From Spirochaetia bacterium (lineage in GTDB: Bacteria; Spirochaetota; Spirochaetia; SZUA-6; Bin103), in contig CBDAOI010000003.1 of NCBI GenBank assembly GCA_965198005.1, positions 864,001-928,000 on the forward strand: a stretch of DNA of 64,000 nucleotides, written 5' to 3'. Within the stretch, counting starts at the first letter, position 1; every line of letters starts with the position of its first letter. The notes beneath the pieces were generated by a model, which was not told where the DNA came from, searched no databases, and saw only the letters and a program-made list of their open reading frames with translations. Positions 31,101-41,691 of this stretch are shown here, one piece after another. Made by a program: the position numbers and the translations under genes.

Positions 31101-32906
31101 ATGAACTTTGTAAAAATTAGAATGACCTTCGCGTTTGCGTTGGTCCTCGTAATGACCGCAACCGGCCTCTGGGCCGCTGGCGCAGAAGAGGAGCCGGCAG
31201 CCGCAGCTGAAAAGAAGTATGTGACCGATCCCACCACCGGCAAGGCGGTAACCGCGCCAGAGTATGGCGGGACAATAACCTATGGCGAGGTCAGTTGGGC
31301 TGAGCATAGTGATGCCTGGTACATTACTGGCTGGGCGGCACAATCCATCGCTTTGGTTAATGAGATGCTCGGCATCGGGGACTGGGGAATAGATAGGGAC
31401 GTATGGGACTGGCGGCTCTTAGCAGACACACCTCTATGGGCCTGGAAAGGGGCACTGGCGGAAAGCTGGGAAACGCCCGACGATACGACCATTATCTTCA
31501 ACATCCGCACGGGCGTTTACTGGCACGACAAGGCACCGATGAACGGTCGGGAGCTGACTGCCAAAGATGTAGAACATCACTGGCAGCGTATGTTGGGTCT
31601 GGGCAAGTTCAGTGAAGCCGGACCTAGCCCAATGGCAACTGCCATGAAGCCAGCGAATTACGAGTCGGTAACGGCCACCGACGATTGGACAGTCGTTTTC
31701 AAGCTAAAGGAGCCAAACCTTCGCGCCCTGCCAGAACTTCTCGGCTGGCACATGGCTTTTATATACCCTCCGGAGGTCATCGAGCAACACGGCGACTATA
31801 AGGATTGGCGGAACACGGTCGGCACCGGACCCTATGAGCTGACGGAGGTGGTCGAAGGCAGCTCTAGGACCTGGACCAAGAATCCCGACTACTGGGGCTT
31901 CGACGAAAAATACCCGGAGAACCGCCTGCCCTATGTTGACAAGATAATAATGTTGTTTATGCCAGAAGGGGCAACTCGTCTGGCGGCTCTGCGCGCGGGT
32001 AAGATTGATATGCTGGGGACTGTCGGCAGCTCTCAATTAAGGTCTATCGACGAGGTAGAGAGACTCGAGCGGACCGACCCCGAAATCGAGCTGTATACGT
32101 ATAAGTTTCGGTCCGACAACGTTTTCTATCTCGTCGGTCTGGACAGACCGCCCTGGAATGACATCCGGGTGCGCCAGGCCATGCAGATGGCACTGGACCT
32201 CGAGACCGTTGTCGCTACCTACTATAAGGGTTATGGCGGTGCGACTCCGCAGGGACATATAGGCAATGATGTGCCGGGGATTGGCACGCCATTTGAGGAG
32301 TGGCCCGAAGAGGTCAAGAAAACCTATAGGTATGACCCGGCAGGGGCAGAAGCGTTGCTTGATGAGGCTGGGCTTACCCGCGGCGCGGACGGCATTAGAT
32401 ACAAGACCGGCCTGGCCTTCTTTGAACGGTACGATGTGAGCTATGCAGAACTGGCCGCGGGATACTGGCGTGAGATTGGTGTGGAGGTCGAGATAGATGT
32501 TTTCGGTACTGAGGGATCCCAGGTGGCCAACCCAGAACAGGATACCTACAGAATTATTTGGGGGGAAGGGGCCTTCAGGTATGCTCTCTACCGTATTCTG
32601 AACCAGTTTTATTCGGAATACCAGTGGAGCCGCAGTGGCGTGAAAGACCCCGAATATGACGCTCTGATTGATGCCGCCTCCGCTGCCACCTCCATCGAGG
32701 AGAAGGATAGGTTCCTGAAAGAGGCAAATATGTACGTCATAGAAAAACAATTTAGGGTATGGGGTCCTGAAACCCCACAGTTCCAGGCAACGCAGCCGTG
32801 GGTCAAAGGTTATAACGGCGAAGTGAGAGTAGGAGATGGTGAAACCCAGTCAGTCTTAGCCCGCGTCTGGATTGATAGTGAGCTGAAGGCAGCAATGGGT
32901 TATTAG
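31101..32906 (+). CDS. ABC transporter substrate-binding protein, family 5, paralog 2
   Basis: Same motif set as 22845-24659. Confidence 0.92.
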   Translation: MNFVKIRMTFAFALVLVMTATGLWAAGAEEEPAAAAEKKYVTDPTTGKAVTAPEYGGTITYGEVSWAEHSDAWYITGWAAQSIALVNEMLGIGDWGIDRDVWDWRLLADTPLWAWKGALAESWETPDDTTIIFNIRTGVYWHDKAPMNGRELTAKDVEHHWQRMLGLGKFSEAGPSPMATAMKPANYESVTATDDWTVVFKLKEPNLRALPELLGWHMAFIYPPEVIEQHGDYKDWRNTVGTGPYELTEVVEGSSRTWTKNPDYWGFDEKYPENRLPYVDKIIMLFMPEGATRLAALRAGKIDMLGTVGSSQLRSIDEVERLERTDPEIELYTYKFRSDNVFYLVGLDRPPWNDIRVRQAMQMALDLETVVATYYKGYGGATPQGHIGNDVPGIGTPFEEWPEEVKKTYRYDPAGAEALLDEAGLTRGADGIRYKTGLAFFERYDVSYAELAAGYWREIGVEVEIDVFGTEGSQVANPEQDTYRIIWGEGAFRYALYRILNQFYSEYQWSRSGVKDPEYDALIDAASAATSIEEKDRFLKEANMYVIEKQFRVWGPETPQFQATQPWVKGYNGEVRVGDGETQSVLARVWIDSELKAAMGY

Positions 32907-32913
32907 TGGGTTT

Positions 32914-33598
32914 CAGCAGCCGACAAGACTGCATTCCAGCCGGGGAAGGACCGGCCGTATCAATTACCCGGTTCGGGTACGTAGCGATGCCACAGTTCGT
33001 GTTGGGTAACCGCACGATAGCTGCGTGGTGTATAAGGCCCTGCCGCTTTGTCAGGCACAGGACTGCAAGGTGGGGGCATCCAGAGGGTCGAGCGAGCACA
33101 GGAGCCTGAACATAACGGAATGTCTGCAGCCCCGATATTTGACCCCCGGCGAAAGATGCTGTCCGGGACCTTTTGGTGTGCCGAGCACGTAAGCCCTGTT
33201 GCGAGGCCGACGCTCTTCGTGAAGAAACGGGTACATGCAGCGAAGAGACACTACGGGGGTAGGGGACCAAGCGACTGTGCAAGGAATGCAGGGACAAAGT
33301 CGGGAAGGACCATCTCCCAGCAGGGGTGTACCCGGGTAACGTGATAAGTCGCAGCGGGCATCGAGCCGGGCGTATGCGTGCCGTGCCAGCGCTTGAGCTT
33401 CGGCCCCGTCGGGAAGGTCCATCGGGTAAAGTGGGCATGGCCGCCAACCGGACTCGAGAAATTCGACCGTCCGGGATGAGAGGGGGGCTTCGCGGAAACG
33501 TGGACTATGGTGGAACTAGGATCCTGCCTCGCAATCGAAAGAGCGAGGTGGTTATGAATCTCTGCCTAAGGCTTGCGCGCGCCGCGATTCTACCCGGC
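32914..33598 (+). ncRNA. ORF-less group II intron-like RNA with variant domain V
   Basis: DV-like hairpin AACCGGACTCGAGAAATTCGACCGTCCGGGAT, then GAGAGGGGGG and a DVI ending CTACCCGGC. 5' 'CGACAAG..TTCCAGCCGGGGAAGGACCGGCC' is DI-like. No RT ORF. Confidence 0.7.
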
Positions 33599-33702
33599 CA
33601 CCCCTCTGGACTCCCCAAAACGGTGAGAGGCCAGGTTTTTTGGCAAGGGTCATGCGCACCTTAGAGAGTGCCGTGTGAGCCGGGCAAGGGGATCGTCTAA
33701 GT

Positions 33703-33785
33703 GGATTGCGGTTTTCACCGCAATGACGGGGAAAGAGGGCAACGAGATTGCCACGCCCCGATAAATCGGGGCTCGCAATGACGGG
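33703..33785. repeat. REP/RPE-like palindromic repeats
   Basis: GATTGCGG..CCGCAATGAC and GATTGCCACGCCCCGATAAATCGGGGCTCGCAATGAC hairpins. Confidence 0.6.
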
Positions 33786-33865
33786 GGACATTGTAAGAAA
33801 TTGCCGGGAAATATGATGGACGCTAGAGATTCAGTTCTAGTCCGACGAATGATGAGGAGTGTGAC

Positions 33866-34861
33866 ATGAGAGCCTATATCATCAGGCGGTTATTGCTGAT
33901 AATCCCCACCCTGTCTATATTGACCATCCTGGTCTTTCTTTCGGTCCGCTTCATCCCGGGCGATATAGTAGACGTAATGGTCAGAAGGATGGAATGGCTG
34001 GGTGGCGTAGACCGTGAAGCTCTTGAGCATATGCTGGGCTTAGACGTACCTGTGCACGTACAGTATGGACGCTGGCTAGGAGTGTTGCCGACCCCTGACT
34101 GGGTTACCGGTGAGTCCCACTTTAAAGGTCTCCTCCAGGGAACCCTTGGCGAATCACTGATGGGCGGTGGGACGGTGGAGGATAGGATATTAAATGCACT
34201 GCCGGTAACCATCGAGCTTGGTTTGTTGTCAATCGTAATCGGGCTAGTAATAGGGCTGCCAGTCGGCATCTACTCGGCGATTCGCCAGGATACGGCCGCC
34301 GACTACGTGGGGCGCACCGCGGCCGTCATCGGCATGGCAACTCCCAACTTCTGGCTGGGAACCATGGTCATGATCTTCCCGGTAATCTGGTGGGGCTGGT
34401 CGCCACCGATGAGGTGGTTTCCTTTCACCGAAGACCCGCTGGGGAATTTGGCGGTGTTGATCATTCCCAGCCTGATTCTGGGGACGGCCGCTTCTGCAGC
34501 CTCAATGCGGATGACGCGCACCATGATGCTGGAGGTGCTCAGGCAGGACTACATTAGGACTGCCTGGGCCAAGGGTCTCAAGGAGAGGGTAGTTGTTATC
34601 AGACACGCCATCAAAAATGCCCTCATCCCGGTAGTTACCCTGGTAGGCCTGCAGTTGCCTCTGCTGGTAGGTGGCTCCGTTATCATGGAGAACATATTTA
34701 ACCTGCCGGGGATGGGTCGTGTCATGCTGGATTCACTCGCTGAAAGAGACTACCCGGTGGTCTCCGGAATAAACCTGTTTTTGGCCACCGTGGTTATGGC
34801 GAACAATCTATTTATCGACCTGATTTATCCTTATTTAGACCCCAGGCTACGATACAGGTAG
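33866..34861 (+). CDS. Peptide/nickel ABC permease (DppB-like)
   Basis: 'MRAYIIRRLL', 'TPNFWLG', 'DYIRTAWAKGL', 'RDYPVV', 'LDPRLRY'. Confidence 0.92.
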   Translation: MRAYIIRRLLLIIPTLSILTILVFLSVRFIPGDIVDVMVRRMEWLGGVDREALEHMLGLDVPVHVQYGRWLGVLPTPDWVTGESHFKGLLQGTLGESLMGGGTVEDRILNALPVTIELGLLSIVIGLVIGLPVGIYSAIRQDTAADYVGRTAAVIGMATPNFWLGTMVMIFPVIWWGWSPPMRWFPFTEDPLGNLAVLIIPSLILGTAASAASMRMTRTMMLEVLRQDYIRTAWAKGLKERVVVIRHAIKNALIPVVTLVGLQLPLLVGGSVIMENIFNLPGMGRVMLDSLAERDYPVVSGINLFLATVVMANNLFIDLIYPYLDPRLRYR

Positions 34862-34874
34862 TGGAGGCGAAAGG

Positions 34875-35846
34875 ATGAGTCAGCTTAGAGATATCCCGCG
34901 AGAAGAAGCCGAAACGAAGAGGCGCCACGCCTTAGCCGATTTCTTCGTCAGGCTGGTCAAGGAGAAGCCACTGGGTACTGCCTGCGGGATTATCATATTG
35001 ATATTGATTCTGGTGGCTATCTTTGCCGATGTTCTGGCTCCTTATCCATATTGGGAACAACACCTGGTAGACAGGCTGCAGGGCTCATCAGCCCAGTATC
35101 TGCTGGGTACCGACCAGTTGGGGCGAGACTTCTTGAGCCGCATCATCATAGGGGCTCGTCTTTCCATAGTTGTCGGTCTGGCGGCGACCGCTCTCAATGT
35201 TGTCGTCGCTCTCCTGATAGGTGGCACTTCAGGATTCCTGGGTGGTAAACTGGACCTGGCTGTGCAAAGATTTGTCGATGCCTGGATGTCTTTCCCGGGA
35301 CTGCTCCTGTTGTTAACCATAATGTCCATAGCGGGGCGGGGTATACCACAGATAATAGTGGTCCTGGGGATAACAGGAGGCATCGGCGGCTCAAGAACAG
35401 TAAGAGGCGCCGTTATCGCAGTAAAAGAGAACGACTATTTTCAGGCAGCGGAGTCGATTGGCTCTTCAAAATGGAGAACATTTATCCGACATGTGCTTCG
35501 CAATATTGCGGCTCCCATAATCATTATATTAAGCATCAATATCGGGGGGGTGATTATGTCTGAGGCTTCTTTAAGTTTCCTCGGCTTTGGTCTGCCCATC
35601 GGGGTTCCCAGCTGGGGAGGTCTGCTCAGCCGGGAAGGGCGCCAGTTCATGGAGGATGCTCCCTGGCTGGCGCTCTGGCCGGGATTCTGCCTGACGATTG
35701 TCGTCTACAGTTTCAACATGTTCGGCGACGCGGTGAGGGACCTGCTTGATCCCAGGCTCAGGGGTGGCGCGGGGCATCCCGGTGCCTATGGCGCGAAGTC
35801 TGCTGAGAAAGCCAGGAAAAGACTGGAGTCCAGGGCAAACAAGTAG
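34875..35846 (+). CDS. Peptide/nickel ABC permease (DppC-like)
   Basis: 'LLGTDQLGRD', 'SFPG', 'EASLSFLGFG', 'PSWG', 'FGDAVRDLLDPR'. Confidence 0.92.
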   Translation: MSQLRDIPREEAETKRRHALADFFVRLVKEKPLGTACGIIILILILVAIFADVLAPYPYWEQHLVDRLQGSSAQYLLGTDQLGRDFLSRIIIGARLSIVVGLAATALNVVVALLIGGTSGFLGGKLDLAVQRFVDAWMSFPGLLLLLTIMSIAGRGIPQIIVVLGITGGIGGSRTVRGAVIAVKENDYFQAAESIGSSKWRTFIRHVLRNIAAPIIIILSINIGGVIMSEASLSFLGFGLPIGVPSWGGLLSREGRQFMEDAPWLALWPGFCLTIVVYSFNMFGDAVRDLLDPRLRGGAGHPGAYGAKSAEKARKRLESRANK

Positions 35847-35979
35847 CGATGGGACTCGTCGAGAAAGCGGCTATTTCAGCCACACGTGCGATCGAGTACC
35901 CGAGCATTTCGTCAACGTCTCCTTTCTAACACACGCTGATCCAAAAGCACGGCAGCTGCAGGGTTTGTAGTACTCCAAT

Positions 35980-36853
35980 GTGGGCTTACAGCAGCAGGTG
36001 CCGCTACCGCAACCAACCCCAGAGCCCCACCCAGGCTATCTGCCACGGGCGCAGAACCTCCTGCAGCGCGTTTTCAAGGAGCACTTCTCGGAGTTTGCTG
36101 CTTGTTATGATGAGCGGTACGCGGGGCAGTACGGCAGGTTCAGGCTGGAGCGCATCCAGAAAGTGGCCCAGCGGTTCACCGTGTGCGGTGACTACGCTCG
36201 CGGTGTTGCCCGCATCCGGTGCACCAACACCGAATGTGGCCACGATCACTTTCGTCCCTTCAGCTGTAAACGTAAGCGAAGCGTCGTCGGATTTTACCTC
36301 TGTCCGTCCTGCTCCCAGAAACGCACCCTGCTGCTCTCGGAGTATCTCAGCGAGCGGCTGCTGCTGCGGCTGCCGCATCGTCAGTTCGTCTTCTCCTTCC
36401 CCAAGGCGTTGCGGGTGTTCTTCAAGTACAACCGGAGGCTGTTCTGTGCGGTCTCTCGGCTGCTGTTTGCCATCGTCCAAAGCTTCTACAACGAGGCTGC
36501 CGGGAACAAGGTGAGAACCGCAGCGGTGATCGCCTACCAGTCGTCGGGCGACCTTTTGCGGTTCAACCCTCACTTCCACGCCCTGATCCTGGAGGGCGCT
36601 TCGATGCAGCGGGCCGCTTCATCTTCATCCCCTTGGGCGATCTGGCCCGGATGACTCAATACCTGCGGCGCCGAGTGCTGAAGTTGTTCCTGGACAAGAG
36701 GTTGATCAGTCGGAGCTTCGCCGAGAATCTGCTGCGCTGGCGTCATTCCGGATTCAGCATCGACCATTCGGTGCGGCTGCACGCGCACGATCAGCAGGCG
36801 CGCTGGGCGCTCTCACAATACATCGCCCGCCCACCACTTTTCGCTGAAGAAGA
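35980..36853 (+). mobile_element. IS91-family (HUH/Y2) transposase pseudogene
   Basis: Zn-binding 'CGD...C...C..FSCK..CPSC', 'PHRQFVF', HUH 'FNPHFHAL', 'HSGFS', 'YIARPP'. Frameshift at ~36598; truncated at ~36853. Confidence 0.85.
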
Positions 36854-37707
36854 AGCCATGCCCGAATCGTGTTGAGGTCCACGCCGGCACGCAACAGGTG
36901 AGTCGCCGTGGTGTGGCGAATCACGTGCGGGCTGACGCGCTTGCCGACCAGCGACGATACCCGGGCTGAGGCGACGGTCGCGCAGCGACCGACCAAGCGG
37001 CCGATGCCGAAGCGGGTGATCGGTTGTCCGTGCCGGTTGAGGAAGACCTGCTCCGCGGCAGGGCGCCCATCGACCAAAGCTGTCAGCAGGCGCGCCGTGC
37101 GCGGCCAGAGCGGGCACTGACGGACCTTGCCGCCCTTTCCGCGTACCGTTGCCAGAGAAGGATGCGACCCGGGGACGGTCAGTTGTAGATCGCCGACCGT
37201 GAGTTGCGCGGCCTCGGACGCCCGGACGCCGGTGTTGTAGAGGAACAGCAGCAGGGCACGCTCGCGGCGGCCCTGCCGCGTGCCGTGGTTGGGAGCGTCG
37301 AGTAAGGCGTCGATCTCGGACTTCTCCAGATAGGAGATCGGCTTGGGGGCCGCCTTCTTGCGGGGCAGAGCACGGATCTGCGTGCACCATTCGACGTGCT
37401 CGGGACTGCGGCTGCCGACGAAGCGGGCAAACGAACAGATGGCCGTGAGCCGCTGATTGCGGGTCTGCGGGGAGCAGCCCCGCGCATCTTCAAGATGTGC
37501 GAGGAACTGCAGCACACGCTCGGAGGTGAGATCGAAGACGGCCAGCCGGTCGACCGGTTTGCGCCGCGCGCGGCTGACGAAGGGGAGCAGCAAAACCAGC
37601 GTGTCACGGTAGCTGCGTTGAGTGTTGCGGGCCAGATTACGCTCACTCACCAGATGCTCCGCGAGGAAGCGTCGCAGCCAAGGGCCCAGAGTACGGGTAT
37701 CAGTCAT
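36854..37707 (-). pseudogene. RIT1 tyrosine recombinase C, truncated before the catalytic GH...Y
   Basis: 'NTQRSYRDT', 'TRNQRL', 'LYNTGVRASE', 'GKGGK', 'PHVIRHT', ends at 'IRAWL'. Confidence 0.85.
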
Positions 37708-38653
37708 CGCGGCCTCCGGTTGCGGTCTCTGCGTAGCGCTCGAAGCGGAGCGAAGCCGCGCGCAGCAACTCAGGGGTCATGCTGAGATAGACAGCGGTTC
37801 CTGCGATGTTGACGTGGCCCAGGTAGGTGGAGAGGAATGGCAGCAAGCGTTGCACGTCCTTCCCTTGGCGGTACCAGGAGGTCAGTCGATGGACGGCGAA
37901 CGAATGTCGCAGGTCGTGCAGGCGCGGCTGACGGCGGGCTCCGACCGGGTTCCGCACTCCAGCCGCTTGGCGCAAAGCGGCGAACGCCGTGTGCACGGTT
38001 GTGCGCGCCAGCGGCGTGCCATCGCGATTCGCAAGGAAAGGCAAATCGTGCGCTGCATGGGCGGTGTAGGGCACCCGCCGCGCGACGTATTCCGCGAGCA
38101 CCTGGGTAAGGTGCGACCCCAGCGGCACGAGCCGGCTCTTGTAGAACTTGGTCTCGCGCACGGTGAGCAGCCCGGCCGGCAGGTCGACGTCGGCCTGCGT
38201 GAGCCGCCGCGCTTCGCCGTGCCGCAAGCCGGCTCCGTACAGCAACAGCAGCAGCGCGCGGAACGTGTGCGCCTGCAACTGCACCGCTCGCTTGCGACAG
38301 CCATCCACGGCGTCGAACAGGCGGCGCAGTTCGTCACGCGAATAGATGTACGCCGGTGCGGACGGGGGCTCCTTCGGTTCGTCCGCAGGCAACGGCGAAT
38401 GGGTCGCGTGGCCGCGGCTGATCGCATAGCGGTAGAAACCGACGAGCACCGTACGCTTGTTGGCCCGGTAGCGGGTGAGGAAGCCGTTGCCTGCGAGGAA
38501 GGCACGCGCCTGTTCGGTGCCTGCGGCGTCGCAGCCGACCTCGCCGCCGACGCTGCGGCAGTAGAGGTGCAGAATGCTGGCGCCGGACCTGAAGTGCGCA
38601 CCCCGCGCTTGCCGCCAAGCGATGTATTGATCAACGACCTCAGCGAGCGTCAT
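37700..38653 (-). CDS. RIT1 tyrosine recombinase B
   Basis: 'PAYIYS', 'LYGAGLR', 'TKFYKSRLVP', 'HDLRHSFAV', 'LSTYLGH...TAVY'. Confidence 0.88.
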   Translation of the reverse strand: MTLAEVVDQYIAWRQARGAHFRSGASILHLYCRSVGGEVGCDAAGTEQARAFLAGNGFLTRYRANKRTVLVGFYRYAISRGHATHSPLPADEPKEPPSAPAYIYSRDELRRLFDAVDGCRKRAVQLQAHTFRALLLLLYGAGLRHGEARRLTQADVDLPAGLLTVRETKFYKSRLVPLGSHLTQVLAEYVARRVPYTAHAAHDLPFLANRDGTPLARTTVHTAFAALRQAAGVRNPVGARRQPRLHDLRHSFAVHRLTSWYRQGKDVQRLLPFLSTYLGHVNIAGTAVYLSMTPELLRAASLRFERYAETATGGRDD

Positions 38654-39726
38654 ATCAGCCACTCCAGGTCGATGTCCGCCACTTGGCGCAGTCCGGCGAG
38701 ATCGACCTTGGCGTATACCGCCGTTGTGGTCGGGCTGCGATGCCCGAGATGGTCTCCGATCTCCTTGAACGACAGCCCTTGGTCCAACAGGCGCTGCGCG
38801 CATGCGTGGCGTAGCGCGTGTGGTCCTCGGCGCTGTGAGACGACCCCCAGGCGGCGCAAGCGACGGCTGACCAGAGCCTGCACTCCGGCGGTAGCAAGCG
38901 GGCGGAACGGGGCTCTGAGCGTGAGGAACAGGGCACGCTCGCCTCACCGGCGCGCAAGCCGTACACCGCGAACAGCAGCACCACGGCGCGGTCACGCTTG
39001 TCCGCAGGGCGCTCACCCTCGGTCGTCCCGAGCAAGCGCTGGACATCCTCCCAGGCCAGCCCCGCGGGGACCGTCTCGCCTTGGTACATGCGCTCCGGCA
39101 TGATTGCTGCGGCCAAGCCCGGCGCGCACCAGCCCCGCCCTTCGGCGTAGCGGAAGAATATGCGCAGGCGTTTTGCGTAGCTGCAGATCGAAACCCGAGC
39201 ACATCTGCCGCTGGCGCTCTGCTCGGCCACGAACCGATCCAGGTCCGCGATCGCAAGCGTGTGCAGTGGTCGATCCTGATCGCGGAACCGACTGAGGAAC
39301 TCGTCCACTATCCAGCAGCGGCTGTGGATCGTGTGCTCGGACAAACCGCATTCCCGCCGCATCCAGTCGGCAAACGCCGCGACCTTCGGCACATGCTGAT
39401 GGCGCGCAACAACCGGTGGCACCTCCAAGCGGCCCAGGAAGCGCAGCCACCGCGCCGCCCGCGCCACGAACACCGCTACGGCGGCCGGCTTGGCATGCTT
39501 GCCCGCCCGCCGCAGGCGTGGCAGCGCCCACTGCACGGCTGCAGCTTCGACCTGCGCAAGCTGGACCTTGCCGTTGCCCTCCCGCAAATCCAGCAAGCGC
39601 ACGACCTCAACCTGATTGCCGGCAATCTTGCGCAGGGTCGAGCGTTTGGCTCCCAACTTGAGCCAGTGCCTGAGATAGCGCAGGCGGCTATCCGCAAGGG
39701 GCGCCGTCCGGTACTGCTCGACCGTG
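38650..39726 (-). pseudogene. RIT1 tyrosine recombinase A (N-terminus cut by IS21, internal deletion at ~38942)
   Basis: 'YGLRAGE' jumps out of frame to 'LFLTLRAPF...GPHALRHAC...IGDHLGH...Y'. Confidence 0.85.
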
Positions 39727-40245
39727 TGCAGATTCCGGTGCAAAAAAGCCACTGATTCCGTTTTGAGAGAGCCAGCCGTCCGGAAATAAAAAGCCACCCG
39801 TCCGGCGGAAAAAAGCCACTTGGAGGCTGATTTCCGGACGGGGTCGGCCGATCCTCCGCTACGCTCCCCCCAAAACCTTATAGGAGGGAGTCGCATGGCA
39901 CGCAGGAGGATTCGCGTGGAGAAGATCAAAGAGGTCATCCGCTACGGGGTGACCACCGAGCTCAGTGAGCGAGCGATTGGACGAGCGCTGAAGGTCTCGC
40001 GCACGGTGGTGGCGAAGTACCTGGAGTGGTTCCGCGACAGCGGACTGAGCTGGGAGCAGGCGCAGGAGCTGCCCGACAGCAAGCTGCTGACCGTATTGGA
40101 GGGCACGCGCGCCCCGGAGACGAACGCGCGCTATGAGCGACTGGCCGAACGGTTTCCGACGATGGTCAAGGAGCTGCGGCGCAAGGGAGTAACGCTGCAG
40201 TTGCTCTGGGAGGAGTACCAGCGCGCGCACCCTGACGGCTACCAG
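39727..40245 (+). mobile_element. istA: IS21-family left end plus 5' part of istA (39895-40245)
   Basis: TG-initiated end with repeated (T)TCCG...AGCCA units; 'MARRRI...IKEVIR...SERAIGRAL', 'GVTLQLLWEEY...PDGYQ', then interrupted. Confidence 0.85.
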
Positions 40246-40397
40246 TGTTGCCCGCCAGGTGAGATTTCCGAGATGTGGACAAATCCGCCAGTGGGGGTAG
40301 GATAGGTTCGCCCGGGAAGCGTTCCGGAGATCACGAAAAAAGATAGGGGCCACCGCCAGTACTTACTCCGGGTACAACGGTGACCCCCACCTAAAAG

Positions 40398-41072
40398 CTG
40401 GATCATCCTAAACTAGACGGCTTCGACTTTCAAGCCTACCGCCAATCCCTGATCAGAGAAGGCGGCAAGCGTCCCTGCGTGCTGTGCGGGGAGAGCCATG
40501 CGGTGGTGATTCATTGCTACTGCAAACGCCTGGTGCGGTGCACCGACGGCAGTAATCACCAACACCTGATCGTGGTGATCATCTGTGAGCGGGCGCGGGA
40601 AGCGGGCACCCAGTACACCAAACGCATGCTGCCGTGGTTTGTGATTCCCGAGTGCAACATCAGGCTCGACCTGGTGCTCGAGCTGCGGAAGAAGCACCCC
40701 ACGGCCGGCAGCGCGCGTGACCACGGCTACGCGGTGATCGGCAGCGCCTGTGAGCGCACCATAGCGCGTCATCTGCTGTGGGTGGACGACAACATCGCAG
40801 CGATGCTGCTGGAGGTGAACGAGTGGGTGGCCGAGCTGGCGCCGTTCACCGCCTTGCCACCGGTGCGCGTGGGCGAAGATGCGCTGGCGCAGTTGCGGCG
40901 CTCAGTGGCCGCGCTGGAGAAGGCCAGACAGGCCGCGCTCACCGCCATCGGAGTAGCGTTCACCGTTATCGGCTGCGTTCACCTCGCCTACGTCGCGGAG
41001 CGCGCCCGGAGCCCCCCGCCGATTTCATTGAGTTTAGTATTTCGAGGCGGCTGTTGGTTTGATACCACTTAA
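40398..41072 (+). CDS. Cys/His-rich transposon accessory protein (DUF6431-like); start uncertain (possibly CTG)
   Basis: 'CVLC..H....H.Y..R', 'IC', 'MLPWFVIP' pattern typical of ORFs preceding this integrase type. Confidence 0.55.
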   Translation: MDHPKLDGFDFQAYRQSLIREGGKRPCVLCGESHAVVIHCYCKRLVRCTDGSNHQHLIVVIICERAREAGTQYTKRMLPWFVIPECNIRLDLVLELRKKHPTAGSARDHGYAVIGSACERTIARHLLWVDDNIAAMLLEVNEWVAELAPFTALPPVRVGEDALAQLRRSVAALEKARQAALTAIGVAFTVIGCVHLAYVAERARSPPPISLSLVFRGGCWFDTT

Positions 41073-41097
41073 GCATCCACCCACAGGAGGCATCAAA

Positions 41098-41691
41098 GTG
41101 GATCAACTACTGGTTTCCCCCGACCGTTTGGCGCAGCTGGAAGAGCTGCTGCTGCTCTTTCATCGGATCTTGACCGAACCGACGCCACCGCCACGCCGCC
41201 GCGACTGGTTGCTGGAGCATTGCCGGCGCAGGAGCGCCGATGAGCGCGATCTGTGGCGTGCCCTGGCTGGCTACCGCAGCAGCGATGCGACGGCGTTGCT
41301 GCATGCCGACCACACCCGGGGGTCGATCTTCAGCCGCCAGGCGGCGCTGGTGCGGGAGAACATTCTGAGCCAGCTCATCGATGCTCCCCAGTGCGTGCTG
41401 GGCGGGTTCGATGAACTCTCCCAGCTGCTGCAGCTGATCGGCGACCGGTTGCAGTTTCTCTGTGACTGGGTGCTGGAGTTGTTCCTCACTCCCGAGCCGT
41501 GGCAGCCGCTCGATTCACACCACCTGGAGGTAGCCGGCGAGGTGCTGCTGCAGAAGCTCGCCGAGGAGGTCGAGCGCCTGCGTGAGCTGTACGCTGAGCA
41601 GCCCCGCCTGTCCCTCGACGAGCTCACCAGCGAGTACCGCGATTGGCTGTGCCGGCGGGCCGTCGTCGGCGAGCGCGAGGACCTCGAATGA
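41098..41691 (+). CDS. Hypothetical helical protein within the transposon
   Basis: AGGAGG RBS and GTG start; ATGA overlap with the integrase gene. Confidence 0.65.
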   Translation: MDQLLVSPDRLAQLEELLLLFHRILTEPTPPPRRRDWLLEHCRRRSADERDLWRALAGYRSSDATALLHADHTRGSIFSRQAALVRENILSQLIDAPQCVLGGFDELSQLLQLIGDRLQFLCDWVLELFLTPEPWQPLDSHHLEVAGEVLLQKLAEEVERLRELYAEQPRLSLDELTSEYRDWLCRRAVVGEREDLE

